The notes: a model not told the origin generated them from the sequence alone. Counted from the stretch's first letter, positions 28,036-38,827 are shown. The stretch is DNA of 64,000 nt from an uncultured bacterium (GCA_963777505.1 CAVZQN010000008.1:192001-256000), one strand, 5' to 3'. Program-made: numbers and translations.

Positions 28036-30810
28036 ATGAATTCTCTTCCTTCAGAGCTATCGAGTCATTTTCCGTTCCTCCGGCTTCCATCCTTTGACGA
28101 AATCTCGATCCAATGGTTTGAACCAATCGCAAGGATCCATTCCTATATATTTATCGCTCTTCAAAAACGGAAATCATCTAAGTTTGAAGAACTCCTGTTG
28201 AAAGATCTTCCTTTTTCCAAAGAATATTCAAAACCGGATTCTTCCAAGACTTCGGATAAGAATGAAACAGATTTTCTGCAAGCTGTACGCGATCTGCAAG
28301 AATTGAATTTGTTAAGCAGTCCGAACGGCAGGATTACTGTAAGTTATGGGGATCAAGCGCAAGATGTTTTTCCATTTCTCATCCTGAGACAAGACCAGTT
28401 GTTTTGGATCAATGGTTTAACTCCATGCGGTCTTGTGTATGCAAGTCTTTCAGGAGATTCCTATACGATCGATTTTGCCTCCTCAGAATTTGATGGAACA
28501 CTCGATGCATTACTTGAACGAGGATGGTATCGGGTCTTGATAAAGCTTCTGGAGGAAGTTCCGGAACAACACAAGAAATCCTACGAAAATAGACTCTATT
28601 CCTCACGGTGTTTTCTTGCTTGTGATTATTACAAAGCAAGACAATTCAACAATGCAGTTGCTGAGTTTGAAAAGGCCATGTTGATTCAATCCAACATGCC
28701 GCAACTTTATTACAATCTTGCACTCAGTTATGCGCGCTTGAATGAACACCGCAAAGGAATTCATATATTGAGCAAACTGAGTCGTATTCGTCCCAACCAG
28801 CCAAAAACATACGAACTATTAGGGGACTTTTATTTCCACTTAACAGAATGGGAACGCGCCTTATCACTGTATCGCCGCGCCTATGAGTTTTCCGATAACA
28901 AAATAAATATTGAAACAAAAATTAAGAAAATTGAAGAAAAAACGGGTAAGACAAAAGCGGAAGGCCGGAAAGAAGATGAAAAAGAGGAAAGATTTTCAAT
29001 CCATTCTTGTCTTCAAGATTTGACAGCAGAAGCCGAACTCGGAAAATTTCAGCCTGTCGTTGGCCGTGAAAAAGAAATACTTCAGATGCAGGAAATTCTT
29101 GCATGTCAAAGCAAGAAAAATGTTTTGATTCTTGGTGACCCTGGTGTTGGAAAAACAGCACTCGTTCAAGAATTTAGTTACAGAATTATTTCCGGTGCTG
29201 TAAGTGAGCGATTTGCGGGACGTCCTTTGTTACGCGTTAATCTTGGAGCCTTGCTGGCTGGAGCAAAATTTCGCGGACAATTTGAAGAACGGGTTATGAA
29301 TTTAATCCGAGAAGCAAAACGCCAGAATTGCATTCTATTTATGGATGATATTCATCAGATTGTAGCCGGTAGTGGTACACGAAATACTGCAACCGAAGCT
29401 TCGCAATTTATGAAGCCTGCATTGCTGAATGATGAAGTACAAGTCATTGGAGCAACGACTCTGGAAGAATTCAGAACAACTGTTGAAAAAGATTCTTCGT
29501 TTCTTCGATGCTTTCAAATTATCCGCTTAGAAGAACCGGATCATGATGTATTGCTCCAAATTGTGCGCGAATACAAGAATGTTCTTGAACGATATCATCG
29601 CGTGACTGTCAGTGATGAATCACTTGAAACAGCTCTTCTTTGGGTGAAAGTTCTCCTGCGAGATCGAGCACTTCCAGATAAAGTGCTTGATGTGCTGGAT
29701 CGCGCAGCGGCAAGAGTTTCAATTCAAGGATTAACCGGGACCGTAACTTCAGAAACTATTCTTGAAACTCTTTCAGAAATCAGCAATGTTCCTTTAAACA
29801 GGATGAGTGTATCGGAGAGAGTTCACTATCGTAATACAGAAGGCTTTCTTGCTCAGCGAGTAGTTGGACAAGAGCCGGCGATCCGAACTGTTTCAAAAGT
29901 TTTGTGCACTTCAAAACTTCGTTTGAATCTAAATCCCGCCCGGCCAAAGGGAATCTTCCTTTTCATTGGTCCTACCGGAGTTGGAAAAACAGAACTTGCG
30001 AAAGCGATGGCCCAATTCTTATTCGGTCATGAAGATCGTATCGTTCGAATCGATATGTCCGAATACATGGAACGTTACAGCGCTTCTCGTTTGATCGGAA
30101 CCTCTCCAGGATATGTAGGATATTATGATCAAAATCAGCTTGTCGATAAAATCCGCACAAATCCTTATAGCCTTATTTTGCTTGATGAAATTGAAAAAGC
30201 AGACCCACAGCTCTTAAGCATTTTCCTTCAAGTCTTTGACGCCGGAAGACTCACTGATGGCAAAGGTAAGGTTGCTTATTTTGACAACACAACGATCGTA
30301 ATGACGAGCAATGTTGGAACGCATCTTTTTGCCCAAAACAGGTTGGGTTACGGGTTGGAGGCAGACGGAGTTCATGTAACTCGTTCAGATCTAATGAAGG
30401 AAGTGAAGCGATTTTTTCAACCTGAATTCTTAAATCGGATCGACGAAATCGTGCTTTTCAATCCGCTCAAATTGGAAAACGTTCGTGAAATCGCTCAAAT
30501 GAAGCTGACCTCTATTTTGGATCAGCTTAAAAAGCAGCAAAAGCAGCTTTTCGTGGATGAGGATGCCCTGATTCAATTATGCAAAATGGGATATGATTAC
30601 GAATATGGCGCTCGTAATCTTGAAAGAGTATTACGGCGCTGCATTTTAGATCATTTGGCTGAGATGGCATTGAGAGAAGATTGGCCTTCGATAAAAACCA
30701 TTTCAGCTGAATTCGCAAACGGTGAATTCTTGCTTAAGACCGATTCGATCACAGGGGTTCATGAGTTGCTTACATCTAATCTTGAAGAGCAGGACTTCAT
30801 GGAGAAATGA
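28036..30810 (+). CDS. Hsp100/Clp AAA+ ATPase with N-terminal unknown domain and TPR repeats
   Basis: TPRs at about aa 190-300. NBD1 GDPGVGKT / FMDDIH, NBD2 GPTGVGKT / LLDEIEK / GYVG / GARNL, LGY loop. Confidence 0.9.
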   Translation: MNSLPSELSSHFPFLRLPSFDEISIQWFEPIARIHSYIFIALQKRKSSKFEELLLKDLPFSKEYSKPDSSKTSDKNETDFLQAVRDLQELNLLSSPNGRITVSYGDQAQDVFPFLILRQDQLFWINGLTPCGLVYASLSGDSYTIDFASSEFDGTLDALLERGWYRVLIKLLEEVPEQHKKSYENRLYSSRCFLACDYYKARQFNNAVAEFEKAMLIQSNMPQLYYNLALSYARLNEHRKGIHILSKLSRIRPNQPKTYELLGDFYFHLTEWERALSLYRRAYEFSDNKINIETKIKKIEEKTGKTKAEGRKEDEKEERFSIHSCLQDLTAEAELGKFQPVVGREKEILQMQEILACQSKKNVLILGDPGVGKTALVQEFSYRIISGAVSERFAGRPLLRVNLGALLAGAKFRGQFEERVMNLIREAKRQNCILFMDDIHQIVAGSGTRNTATEASQFMKPALLNDEVQVIGATTLEEFRTTVEKDSSFLRCFQIIRLEEPDHDVLLQIVREYKNVLERYHRVTVSDESLETALLWVKVLLRDRALPDKVLDVLDRAAARVSIQGLTGTVTSETILETLSEISNVPLNRMSVSERVHYRNTEGFLAQRVVGQEPAIRTVSKVLCTSKLRLNLNPARPKGIFLFIGPTGVGKTELAKAMAQFLFGHEDRIVRIDMSEYMERYSASRLIGTSPGYVGYYDQNQLVDKIRTNPYSLILLDEIEKADPQLLSIFLQVFDAGRLTDGKGKVAYFDNTTIVMTSNVGTHLFAQNRLGYGLEADGVHVTRSDLMKEVKRFFQPEFLNRIDEIVLFNPLKLENVREIAQMKLTSILDQLKKQQKQLFVDEDALIQLCKMGYDYEYGARNLERVLRRCILDHLAEMALREDWPSIKTISAEFANGEFLLKTDSITGVHELLTSNLEEQDFMEK

Positions 30811-31784
30811 CCCGGAATAAATCCGGATTGGGGGACTTCATGAGCTTAAGAGGTAGGGCTGTTTTAAAAAGTATACTCACTGGGCTTGGTATCGTCCTTC
30901 TGGTTCTCGCATGTCTCGAGTTCATTCTATATAAAAGGTTGGACAAATTTACAGAAGTTCCACCCGAAAAACATGAAACGACACCAGACGCTCTTCTTTT
31001 GAATGCGAATGAAGTTCGCTTTCATGCTTCAGATGGGGCAGAGCTTCACGGCTGGCTGATTCAAGGATCGCCGGGATGCCCTGCATTCATTATTGCGCAT
31101 GATTACAAATCAAGCCGCTCAAACGTTCTGATTAAATTGGAATCACTTATCTCTTCACTTAATAGACAAGGATACTTTATCTTCTTGTTTGATTTTCGCG
31201 GACACGGTAAGAGTCCGCCGCCAAGCGCTTTAGGATATAAAGAGCATCTTGATCTTCATGCTGCGATCAAAGAAGTTTCAAAATATAAGCAAATTGAACC
31301 ACGCATTGGAGTACTTGGAATTGGAATGGGTGCGATAGCGGCAATTAGAATTTCTGGTAGTGTTGAATCAGTAAAATTCTTGATGCTGGATTCAGTTTAT
31401 GATGATGTTGCTTCAAAGCTTTCAAGAGAAATTACTGATGAATATCCATTCATGCACTTTGCGACACCTGCCCTACTCCATGCTATGAGCTGGAATATGA
31501 CTCCTGTAACAGGCGCGACTTCTCGCAACTTGAACCTTGAAGAATTGTTGCCGAAGTTATATCCAAAACCAGTCTTATTTGTAGAAAAAAATCCACTAAG
31601 CCCCTCGGCACGAAGATTGTACGATGCAACTAAAGAGCCCAAGGAGCTGATTCAACTTGGAGAAACCGCTTCCGGTGATCTAATCGGTGATGTCAGGGAA
31701 CGTTACAAGAACGAAATTGAATCGAAGATTCTTCAACATTTCCCGCCTTCACTTGAACAAACAACAATTGAAATACTAAATTGA
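30807..31784 (+). CDS. membrane-anchored alpha/beta-hydrolase-fold protein lacking the catalytic Ser
   Basis: TM helix, [17 protein letters not shown], elbow GIGMG in place of GxSMG. Start may be 30840. Confidence 0.75.
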   Translation: MTRNKSGLGDFMSLRGRAVLKSILTGLGIVLLVLACLEFILYKRLDKFTEVPPEKHETTPDALLLNANEVRFHASDGAELHGWLIQGSPGCPAFIIAHDYKSSRSNVLIKLESLISSLNRQGYFIFLFDFRGHGKSPPPSALGYKEHLDLHAAIKEVSKYKQIEPRIGVLGIGMGAIAAIRISGSVESVKFLMLDSVYDDVASKLSREITDEYPFMHFATPALLHAMSWNMTPVTGATSRNLNLEELLPKLYPKPVLFVEKNPLSPSARRLYDATKEPKELIQLGETASGDLIGDVRERYKNEIESKILQHFPPSLEQTTIEILN

Positions 31785-31803
31785 TCGCAACTTCCTTAAC
31801 TAT

Positions 31804-32751
31804 ATGAAAGATTGGGTGCTTATAACGGGTGGTGCCGGTTTTATTGGATCACATCTTGCAGATTATCTATTGAACAAAGGGTATGCCGTAATCTGCATGG
31901 ACAATCTTCTAACCGGTGATATCTCAAACATCAGTCACATCTACAACAAGGATTTTTTGTTTATTAAACATGATGTTACGCAGTTTATTTATGTCGATAA
32001 ACCATTGCGGTTTATTCTTCATTTCGCAAGTCCTGCTTCTCCAATTGACTACTATGAATTCCCGATTCAGACGTTGAAAGTAGGATCACTTGGAACGCAC
32101 AAAGCATTAGGGTTAGCGAAAGATCACAAAGCAACGTTCGTGCTCGCTTCGACATCAGAAGTGTATGGCGATCCGCTCGTTCATCCACAAAGCGAAGAAT
32201 ACTGGGGAAATGTAAATCCGGTCGGTCCGCGCGGTGTCTATGATGAAGCAAAACGATTCGCGGAAGCAATGACAATGGCCTATCATTACTATCACCAGAT
32301 CGACACAAAAATCGCGCGGATTTTTAACACATATGGACCGAGAATGCGTTTGCACGATGGCCGCGCGATTCCGAGTTTTATCAGTCAGGCACTTACAGGA
32401 GAAGATCTGAGTGTCTTTGGGAATGGAAAACAAACCAGAAGTTTTTGTTATATCTCCGATCTTGTAGAAGGAATCTATCGATTAATGATCTCTAACTACA
32501 ACGAACCTGTGAATCTTGGCAATCCCAATGAAATGACGATTTTAGAAATGGCAGAAAAAATTCTTACGATGACAGGTTCAAATTCCAAGATTGCATATAA
32601 ACCCTTACCTGTTGACGATCCAAAAGTTCGACAACCCAACATTCATCGTGCCAACACTATTTTAGGTTGGAATCCATCCGTTAGTTTAGAAGATGGTTTA
32701 AAATCCACAATTGAATATTTTAGAGAAAAAATCGCTCCCAGCCGCGGTTAA
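31804..32751 (+). CDS. UDP-glucuronate decarboxylase (extended SDR)
   Basis: [40 protein letters not shown]. Confidence 0.92.
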   Translation: MKDWVLITGGAGFIGSHLADYLLNKGYAVICMDNLLTGDISNISHIYNKDFLFIKHDVTQFIYVDKPLRFILHFASPASPIDYYEFPIQTLKVGSLGTHKALGLAKDHKATFVLASTSEVYGDPLVHPQSEEYWGNVNPVGPRGVYDEAKRFAEAMTMAYHYYHQIDTKIARIFNTYGPRMRLHDGRAIPSFISQALTGEDLSVFGNGKQTRSFCYISDLVEGIYRLMISNYNEPVNLGNPNEMTILEMAEKILTMTGSNSKIAYKPLPVDDPKVRQPNIHRANTILGWNPSVSLEDGLKSTIEYFREKIAPSRG

Positions 32752-32781
32752 TCATAAATCCGATAAAAAAGGATAATCATT

Positions 32782-34089
32782 TTGTTTTTTCGATCCCGCA
32801 TTGTAAATGCGATTTCAGTGTTAGTTTTGATCAGCGCGTTTGCACTCCTTGGTTATCACGGATTTGATTGGTGGAAATCCCGCGAACAGAGAAGGAAGCT
32901 TTTCATTTATTTTCAGAAAGAAAGTGATATTACCAAACGGATTCCCGAGGATGCGATTGCTTACATTAATCTCTTCGATTTCAAACGAGTGCATTCAGGT
33001 CTGAGAGACACAAGACTCTACGACACAATTACTCACTGGGTTGACACGGAACTTTCAGGCAATAAAGATCCAAATCCACTAATGGGTGGCATGCTTGAAA
33101 AAACCATTTTGAATGTAATTGGAGAAGAATTCGGAGTCGCATTATTACCGTCACAAAATAAACCTGCAGATTTCTTTGCAGTTGCGAGACTTGCCCCCGG
33201 GTCAGATTTCATCCTTGGGATTGCGCTTGCATCCAATCGCAAGCTTAAAAAGATCGGCATTTCAAACGAAACTGTATACGTTATTCCTTCCGGGAATTCT
33301 GATCTTGGTGAAGTCTTTGTAGTCATGAAGTCAGGCTTTGCATACGCTGCAACGGACCAGGAGCGGATCAAGAAGGCATTGGAAGCTCCTTCAAGTGGAC
33401 CGAAGTTTTTGCTAGAGTCCACCATTACTCAAATTCCGGAAGACACATTCCTGTTTGCGCGAGCCAAGCAGCCCGATTTTTTTGCTATTGTGCATGGTGG
33501 CAATAATACTTTTACATTAAAAGCTCCATCAGGATCTTTCATATACAGCAGCCTTCCTTCTCTTCCGGGTAACGATGGAATTTTCAAGCTGCAAACGAAT
33601 GCAACAGAAATTCTTGGACAACCCTCTACGAGTTTTGCAATTCATTCAGTTGATGGCCATCCTTCGTCACGACTTGTCTTTGGATTTCCGTCTCAGGCAA
33701 GAGCAAAACAATTCGGGTCATCTTTCCTAAATGGAGCAAATGGTATCGGAGAGCAGGTGAAGTTTTCCAACGGTGAGTGCGTTCCTCTTCGACTCGAAAA
33801 TGCGGATTGGACTCTTTGTTCCAGAGACACAAGTTTACTTTTGGCTGAAGAACCGGTCGATTTTAATTTCGTCAAACAAAAGATGGCTGCAATTACACCC
33901 AAAAAACTCCCGGTAACTCTAAAAATTGAAAACAATTCTGCGGCTCTAAAGAGTTATCAGGAGAAAATAAACGCCGGTAATTGGGAAGATTTCGATACTG
34001 CGCGAGAATTTTATTTCTTAAGCTGTTTGAAAACAGTGCGAGGAAGCATCGATAACAACAACGATGAGATCATCGCAGAGATTCAATAG
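32782..34089 (+). CDS. membrane-anchored hypothetical protein
   Basis: N-terminal TM helix, 435-aa ORF with no recognisable motif. Confidence 0.65.
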   Translation: MFFRSRIVNAISVLVLISAFALLGYHGFDWWKSREQRRKLFIYFQKESDITKRIPEDAIAYINLFDFKRVHSGLRDTRLYDTITHWVDTELSGNKDPNPLMGGMLEKTILNVIGEEFGVALLPSQNKPADFFAVARLAPGSDFILGIALASNRKLKKIGISNETVYVIPSGNSDLGEVFVVMKSGFAYAATDQERIKKALEAPSSGPKFLLESTITQIPEDTFLFARAKQPDFFAIVHGGNNTFTLKAPSGSFIYSSLPSLPGNDGIFKLQTNATEILGQPSTSFAIHSVDGHPSSRLVFGFPSQARAKQFGSSFLNGANGIGEQVKFSNGECVPLRLENADWTLCSRDTSLLLAEEPVDFNFVKQKMAAITPKKLPVTLKIENNSAALKSYQEKINAGNWEDFDTAREFYFLSCLKTVRGSIDNNNDEIIAEIQ

Positions 34090-34091
34090 AT

Positions 34092-35186
34092 TCAAAGCCT
34101 GCCTGCAATTTCATTAATAACGCGTTCAATCGTTCCCGATGGACCCAGCGATTCAACAACTCTTTGTAAATTCTCTTTCATTTTTTTTACTTCATTTTCG
34201 TTATCCAGCAAACTGAAAGATGCTTTCACAAGCTCATCGCTATTCATTCGATCTTGCATAAATTCGGGTACGATCTTTTCTCCTGCAATCCAATTCACTA
34301 AACCATAATACGGAACACGTACGAGTACTTTTCCTAATTGCCATGACAATGGGCTGACCCGATACACTATCAAAAGTGGAACGCCCAGAATTGCGCATTC
34401 CAGCGTACTTGTTCCTGAAGCAACAATCAGCAGATTACAAGCCTTCATTGCTGCATAGCGATTCTCTCGCACAATATGAATTCCTGGATCAGGTTCCAGA
34501 TGCGGACCCTCTACTGAAGCTGGCCAAATAATGACAGTTTCTCCGCCTCGTTCTTCTTGAATCCTTTTCGCTGTCTCCAACATCACAGGCAAATGACGCT
34601 GGATTTCTACATCACGGCTTCCTGGCATTAAACCGATCAACGGTCTTTTAGTAACAGTGTATGAAGGCTGTTGTGAAACTTCTTCACGAACGATTTCAAC
34701 CAATGGATGACCACAATAAACAGAACGAACTCCAGCCTCTTCGTAAATTGATTTTTCAAAAGGCAAAACACAAATCATCAACTCAATATGATCTCGCAAA
34801 AAATGTACACGATTTTTTCGCCATGCCCACACTTGAGGACTGATGAAATAAAACACTTTTACGCCCTGCTCTTTTAGAAGGCGTGCCATCCGAAAATTAA
34901 AATCTGGGAAGTCGATTAAGATTGCGAAATCAGGACGCTCTTTTACGGTCCAGCTTCGTAACTGCGCAAAGGCTTGTTTTAATTGTTTCAGTTTTGAAAA
35001 GACTTCAAAGACACCAATGACAGCGACACTGGAATAATCAAATAGAAGATTGACGCCGGACTCTTGCATGTGCTTTCCACCCATTCCGGCAATCTCAATC
35101 GATGGATAACGTTCACGTAATGCAGAAGCAATTTTTCCCCCGTAAATATCACCTGAAGCTTCGCCCGTTACAATCAGCACTTTCAT
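34092..35186 (-). CDS. lpxB: lipid-A-disaccharide synthase
   Basis: GEASGD, IDFPDFN, SPQVWAWR, GHPL, PGSR, SGTSTLE. Confidence 0.96.
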   Translation of the reverse strand: MKVLIVTGEASGDIYGGKIASALRERYPSIEIAGMGGKHMQESGVNLLFDYSSVAVIGVFEVFSKLKQLKQAFAQLRSWTVKERPDFAILIDFPDFNFRMARLLKEQGVKVFYFISPQVWAWRKNRVHFLRDHIELMICVLPFEKSIYEEAGVRSVYCGHPLVEIVREEVSQQPSYTVTKRPLIGLMPGSRDVEIQRHLPVMLETAKRIQEERGGETVIIWPASVEGPHLEPDPGIHIVRENRYAAMKACNLLIVASGTSTLECAILGVPLLIVYRVSPLSWQLGKVLVRVPYYGLVNWIAGEKIVPEFMQDRMNSDELVKASFSLLDNENEVKKMKENLQRVVESLGPSGTIERVINEIAGRL

Positions 35187-35230
35187 GCAGGGTTATTGTA
35201 CACTGCCGATATTCCTGAATCTCATCCCTA

Positions 35231-35264
35231 AAAGAAAAAACCGGCAGCTGATCAGGCCGCCGGC
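35231..35264 (-). terminator. intrinsic terminator of the PEGA gene
   Basis: CCGGCGGC-CTGATCA-GCTGCCGG followed by TTTTTTCTTT. Confidence 0.75.
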
Positions 35265-35285
35265 TTCGTATGATTTGTTTTTATC

Positions 35286-36296
35286 TTATTTTTTTTCGAG
35301 CTGGACAGTAATGTTGCGAGCTGCGCTTTCGTTTACAACAAAGTCTTTGTTTAACGACTCAAACCCAGGCCGAACAACTTCAAGCTTGTGAGTGCCATTT
35401 GCCAACAAGACTTGAATTTGATTCGAGCTTTGAGCGTCACCAGTTCCGTAGTAGGTGCCATCAATGTAAATTGTGGCATCTTTTGGCTCAACCTGAATCG
35501 TGAACATGGTTTTGTCACTGAGAGTTTGTTCACCAAGTTCATATTCCAGTGGTGCAGGTTCACTGCTGTACTGATCGCGTTGTGCAGTTTGACTGTTGTA
35601 TTGATCACGTTGTGCAGTTTGACCTCGCCGATCGAATTGTTCATCCCGGCCATTACTACCGCCGTTTGAACCGAACTGGCCGTTGTCGTCATTGTAGTCA
35701 TCATCATGGTTACGCTGACGATCATAGTTATTGTTTCGATCGTAATCACGTGAACGCGGAGCTTCTTGAGGTGATAACCTCATTTCGCTTTCTGGAATCA
35801 CATCCTCACCCGGTATCAGCTGGTGCTTAATGTGATAATCCTGGCCTGGAAGAACTCGAAGCGTCATCGCGTAGGGCTGAAATCCGTTTAACCGGAAGAC
35901 AAGACGATACTTTCCAGGATCCAAATTCATCCTCTGGTACCAACTATTGAAATCATCAGCTACACCAACATAATCCCCATCAAGGTACACCTTCGCTTCA
36001 TCCGGTTTCACTTCTGTCCGGACTTCCCCTAACCCATTGTAATAACTGTTGTAGTAGCCGTACGGATAACCGTATCCGTATCCACCGTAACCGTATCCAT
36101 ATCCACCATAACCATATCCAAACCCATATGGCCGATAGTAGTACGGACGATAATAAGGTCTATAGTAGCCGCGATTGTATGGGTGATGCGATGCAAAGCT
36201 CAGATAAAAGCTTGAGCCTGCCTCTGCTTTTTGCTCGAACAAACTCATACTCGCTATTGAGACCAAAACAAGAGTCAAAATCTTCAATGCTCTCAT
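35286..36296 (-). CDS. exported protein with Gly/Tyr-rich region and two PEGA domains
   Basis: Signal peptide, (GY)n tract, two VxPxxAxVYxDG...G.Y/H...GF units. Linker has a 30-nt duplication (35565-35623, QTAQRDQY twice). Confidence 0.85.
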   Translation of the reverse strand: MRALKILTLVLVSIASMSLFEQKAEAGSSFYLSFASHHPYNRGYYRPYYRPYYYRPYGFGYGYGGYGYGYGGYGYGYPYGYYNSYYNGLGEVRTEVKPDEAKVYLDGDYVGVADDFNSWYQRMNLDPGKYRLVFRLNGFQPYAMTLRVLPGQDYHIKHQLIPGEDVIPESEMRLSPQEAPRSRDYDRNNNYDRQRNHDDDYNDDNGQFGSNGGSNGRDEQFDRRGQTAQRDQYNSQTAQRDQYSSEPAPLEYELGEQTLSDKTMFTIQVEPKDATIYIDGTYYGTGDAQSSNQIQVLLANGTHKLEVVRPGFESLNKDFVVNESAARNITVQLEKK

Positions 36297-36323
36297 AACG
36301 CAACTCTCCTTTGCACAACTTTT

Positions 36324-36340
36324 AGCAAAGCGTGTGCCAG
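36324..36340 (-). promoter_or_regulatory. sigma54 (-24/-12) promoter of the PEGA gene
   Basis: CTGGCAC-ACGCT-TTGCT, an exact TGGCAC-N5-TTGC match, upstream of an AAGGAG RBS. Confidence 0.75.
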
Positions 36341-36419
36341 AAGGTTTCTCGTCGCTAGGATCTTTTGAAAGTAGAACGATTTTGCATACAAGCGTAATTT
36401 AAATGAGACATACAGGTGA

Positions 36420-37652
36420 TTAGAGGACAGGTTCACCACCGATGATCGTCTGAATAACGTCGGCTGTGGTTGTGTTGTAGATGAGATGGTTTAGAACCTG
36501 CTTTTCAGAATCGTAATAAGCAGGTGTTCTCAGCAAAACCAAGTCTGCTTCCTTTCCAATTTCAAGAGAACCGATCTTCTCTTGAAGGTTCATTGCGCGT
36601 GCTCCATCAATCGTCATCATTTCTAGCATTTTCTGTTCTTTGATCTTCTGAGGCTCGTAACGAGTGCGCTGCTGAAAAAGCGCAAAACGTGATTCTTCAA
36701 AAAGATCCAATCGATTATTACTGGCAGCACTATCAGTGCCCAGCCCAACACGAAGACCACGTTCGATCATTGAAATGACCGGCGCGATCCCATGGCCAAA
36801 TTTTGAATTCGATTTCGGACAGTGCGCAATCGATACATCATAGGAAGCAAGAAGATCCAAATCTGAATCACTTGCTTGAACAATGTGGGCAAGCAATGGC
36901 TTTGTTTCGTAAATACCTGTCTCCTTCAAATGCTCCACACTCGTTTTTCCCAAAATTTTCCAATCAGATGCTCTTGTTTTAAGAAATTCTTGAATCGGAC
37001 CTGACCGGCGGCTTATGAATTCTTCTTCTTCACGGCTTTCGGAAAGATGAAAACTTACAGGAATTTCATCACGCAAAGCCCATGCTCCGATGCGCCGATA
37101 TAATTCCGGCCTCACTGTGTAACAAGCGTGCGGTGAGATTCCAATTTTTAGCCTGCCTGACGAATATGTAGAAATAAGCCTTGGAAAAACTTCCTGTACT
37201 GATTTCCATGTTTGATCCGCTTGCTCATTCTCAATGCCAAATACTTCCCAGTAAAAAATTCCACGCAATGGACTTCGAGAAAGCTCTCGCAATGAAATTT
37301 CTAGATCCGAAAGATCGGCAACTGTTGTAATACCTGAACGAAGACACTCGGAAATTCCAAAACGCGTAGAAGATGCAACATCTTCGTCTGTCATTTTCTG
37401 ATACTTGAATTCAGTAAGTTTTCGGATCCATTCAAAAAATGAAAGATCATCAAAAAGATTGCGTAGCGCAGTATATGCGAGATGAGTATGGGTATTGATC
37501 AATCCTGGAATCAAACATGTTCCGGCAATGCAATTTTCGCTCGCAGTTGCCGGGCGAATCTGTTTGATTTTTTCATCCTCAATTTCGATGACATGATTCC
37601 GGAGTGGTGGGGATGTAACTGGAAAAATCCATTCAGCGCTGACAATGGGCAT
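36420..37652 (-). CDS. metal-dependent amidohydrolase (MTA/SAH or aminofutalosine deaminase-like)
   Basis: PGLINTHTH, SPHACY, HLSES, HCPKSN, LGTDSAASN, GSLEIGKEADL. Confidence 0.85.
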   Translation of the reverse strand: MPIVSAEWIFPVTSPPLRNHVIEIEDEKIKQIRPATASENCIAGTCLIPGLINTHTHLAYTALRNLFDDLSFFEWIRKLTEFKYQKMTDEDVASSTRFGISECLRSGITTVADLSDLEISLRELSRSPLRGIFYWEVFGIENEQADQTWKSVQEVFPRLISTYSSGRLKIGISPHACYTVRPELYRRIGAWALRDEIPVSFHLSESREEEEFISRRSGPIQEFLKTRASDWKILGKTSVEHLKETGIYETKPLLAHIVQASDSDLDLLASYDVSIAHCPKSNSKFGHGIAPVISMIERGLRVGLGTDSAASNNRLDLFEESRFALFQQRTRYEPQKIKEQKMLEMMTIDGARAMNLQEKIGSLEIGKEADLVLLRTPAYYDSEKQVLNHLIYNTTTADVIQTIIGGEPVL

Positions 37653-37679
37653 AATTTCTAACGCCGAGATCGTGTGGGG

Positions 37680-37952
37680 TTAAAAATGAAGATCAACAAT
37701 GTCTACGATGCCGACGATTGCACTATCTAAGGGACCTTGCTTCTTGCCTAATGCTTCATTAGCCGCACGGCCTTCTTGTACGATCAGGACTTTTTCTCCG
37801 ACACCTGCGCCTACTGCATCAATCGCCAGAACAGGTTCTCCCATCGGCTCATCTTTCAAGCTAAGAGGTTGAACGAGCAAAAGTTTTGCTCCTTCATATT
37901 TTGGATTTTTCTGGGTCGCCACAACAGTACCAAGCACTTTTCCAAGTGTCAT
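37680..37952 (-). CDS. BMC vertex protein (BMC-P, EutN/CcmL family)
   Basis: GKVLGTVVATQK, AIDAVGAGVGE, DSAIVGIVD. Confidence 0.95.
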   Translation of the reverse strand: MTLGKVLGTVVATQKNPKYEGAKLLLVQPLSLKDEPMGEPVLAIDAVGAGVGEKVLIVQEGRAANEALGKKQGPLDSAIVGIVDIVDLHF

Positions 37953-38221
37953 AATTCTTCCACATGAAAATAATCAACAATTCCAGTGATTCCTGTGTCA
38001 GTGGGCACTATTTCTGGCAGCAGAGGAAATGACCCTTCTTTACCGCGAACGTAAATAATAGTTTCACCAATGCCCGCGCCGATCGTATCAACAGCAATCA
38101 AGGCCTGCCCGATCGGTTTGCGATCCGCTGAAATCGGTTGAACAACAAGCAATGTTTTGCCTTCAAGACCCGGCTCTTTCCGAGTGCAGACAACTGTACC
38201 GATTACTTTTCCTAGCTTCAT
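37949..38221 (-). CDS. BMC vertex protein (BMC-P, EutN/CcmL family)
   Basis: GKVIGTVVCTRK, AVDTIGAGIGE, DTGITGIVD. Confidence 0.95.
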   Translation of the reverse strand: MKLGKVIGTVVCTRKEPGLEGKTLLVVQPISADRKPIGQALIAVDTIGAGIGETIIYVRGKEGSFPLLPEIVPTDTGITGIVDYFHVEEL

Positions 38222-38223
38222 GA

Positions 38224-38490
38224 TTATTCGAAATCAATCGTATCAACAACGCCAACGATTGCCGCATCAACCGGACAATCCTTTGTTACCGTTGTCATTC
38301 TTGCGGAACTGCCGCTAACCACAAGCACACGGTCCTGTGCTCCGGCATCTACAGTATCAACAGCAACAAGATAATTGCCATATGGTTTGCCTGCGGTATC
38401 GAGTGGTTGTACTAAGAGAAGTTTGAATGGAACGAGGCGATCATCTTTCCGGGTGCAGACAACTGTACCAACAATCCTTCCAATGATCAT
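38224..38490 (-). CDS. BMC vertex protein (BMC-P, EutN/CcmL family)
   Basis: GRIVGTVVCTRK, AVDTVDAG, GSSAR, PVDAAIVGVVD. Confidence 0.95.
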   Translation of the reverse strand: MIIGRIVGTVVCTRKDDRLVPFKLLLVQPLDTAGKPYGNYLVAVDTVDAGAQDRVLVVSGSSARMTTVTKDCPVDAAIVGVVDTIDFE

Positions 38491-38542
38491 TCAATTCATC
38501 CGGAAATTCGCGGCGATTCTTTGCCGCGATAACAAATTCAAA

Positions 38543-38827
38543 TTATTTGCTCGCTTTTCCGATTGGTAGTGAGTCTTCCAGACTTGGATGAGGACGAGGA
38601 ATAACGTGTACTGAAATCAATTCGCCGACGCGACGTGCTGCTGCGGCGCCAGCATCTGTTGCTGCTTTTACAGCTGCAACATCTCCTCGGACAATCGCTG
38701 TGACATAACCAGCCCCGATCTTTTCCCAGCCGATGAGCGTCACCTTGGCCGCTTTCACCATCGCATCAGCGGCTTCAATCATCGCGACAAGACCCTTCGT
38801 TTCGATCATGCCCAGTGCTTCACCCAT
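38543..38827 (-). CDS. BMC hexameric shell protein (BMC-H, EutM/PduA-like)
   Basis: [50 protein letters not shown]. Confidence 0.96.
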   Translation of the reverse strand: MGEALGMIETKGLVAMIEAADAMVKAAKVTLIGWEKIGAGYVTAIVRGDVAAVKAATDAGAAAARRVGELISVHVIPRPHPSLEDSLPIGKASK

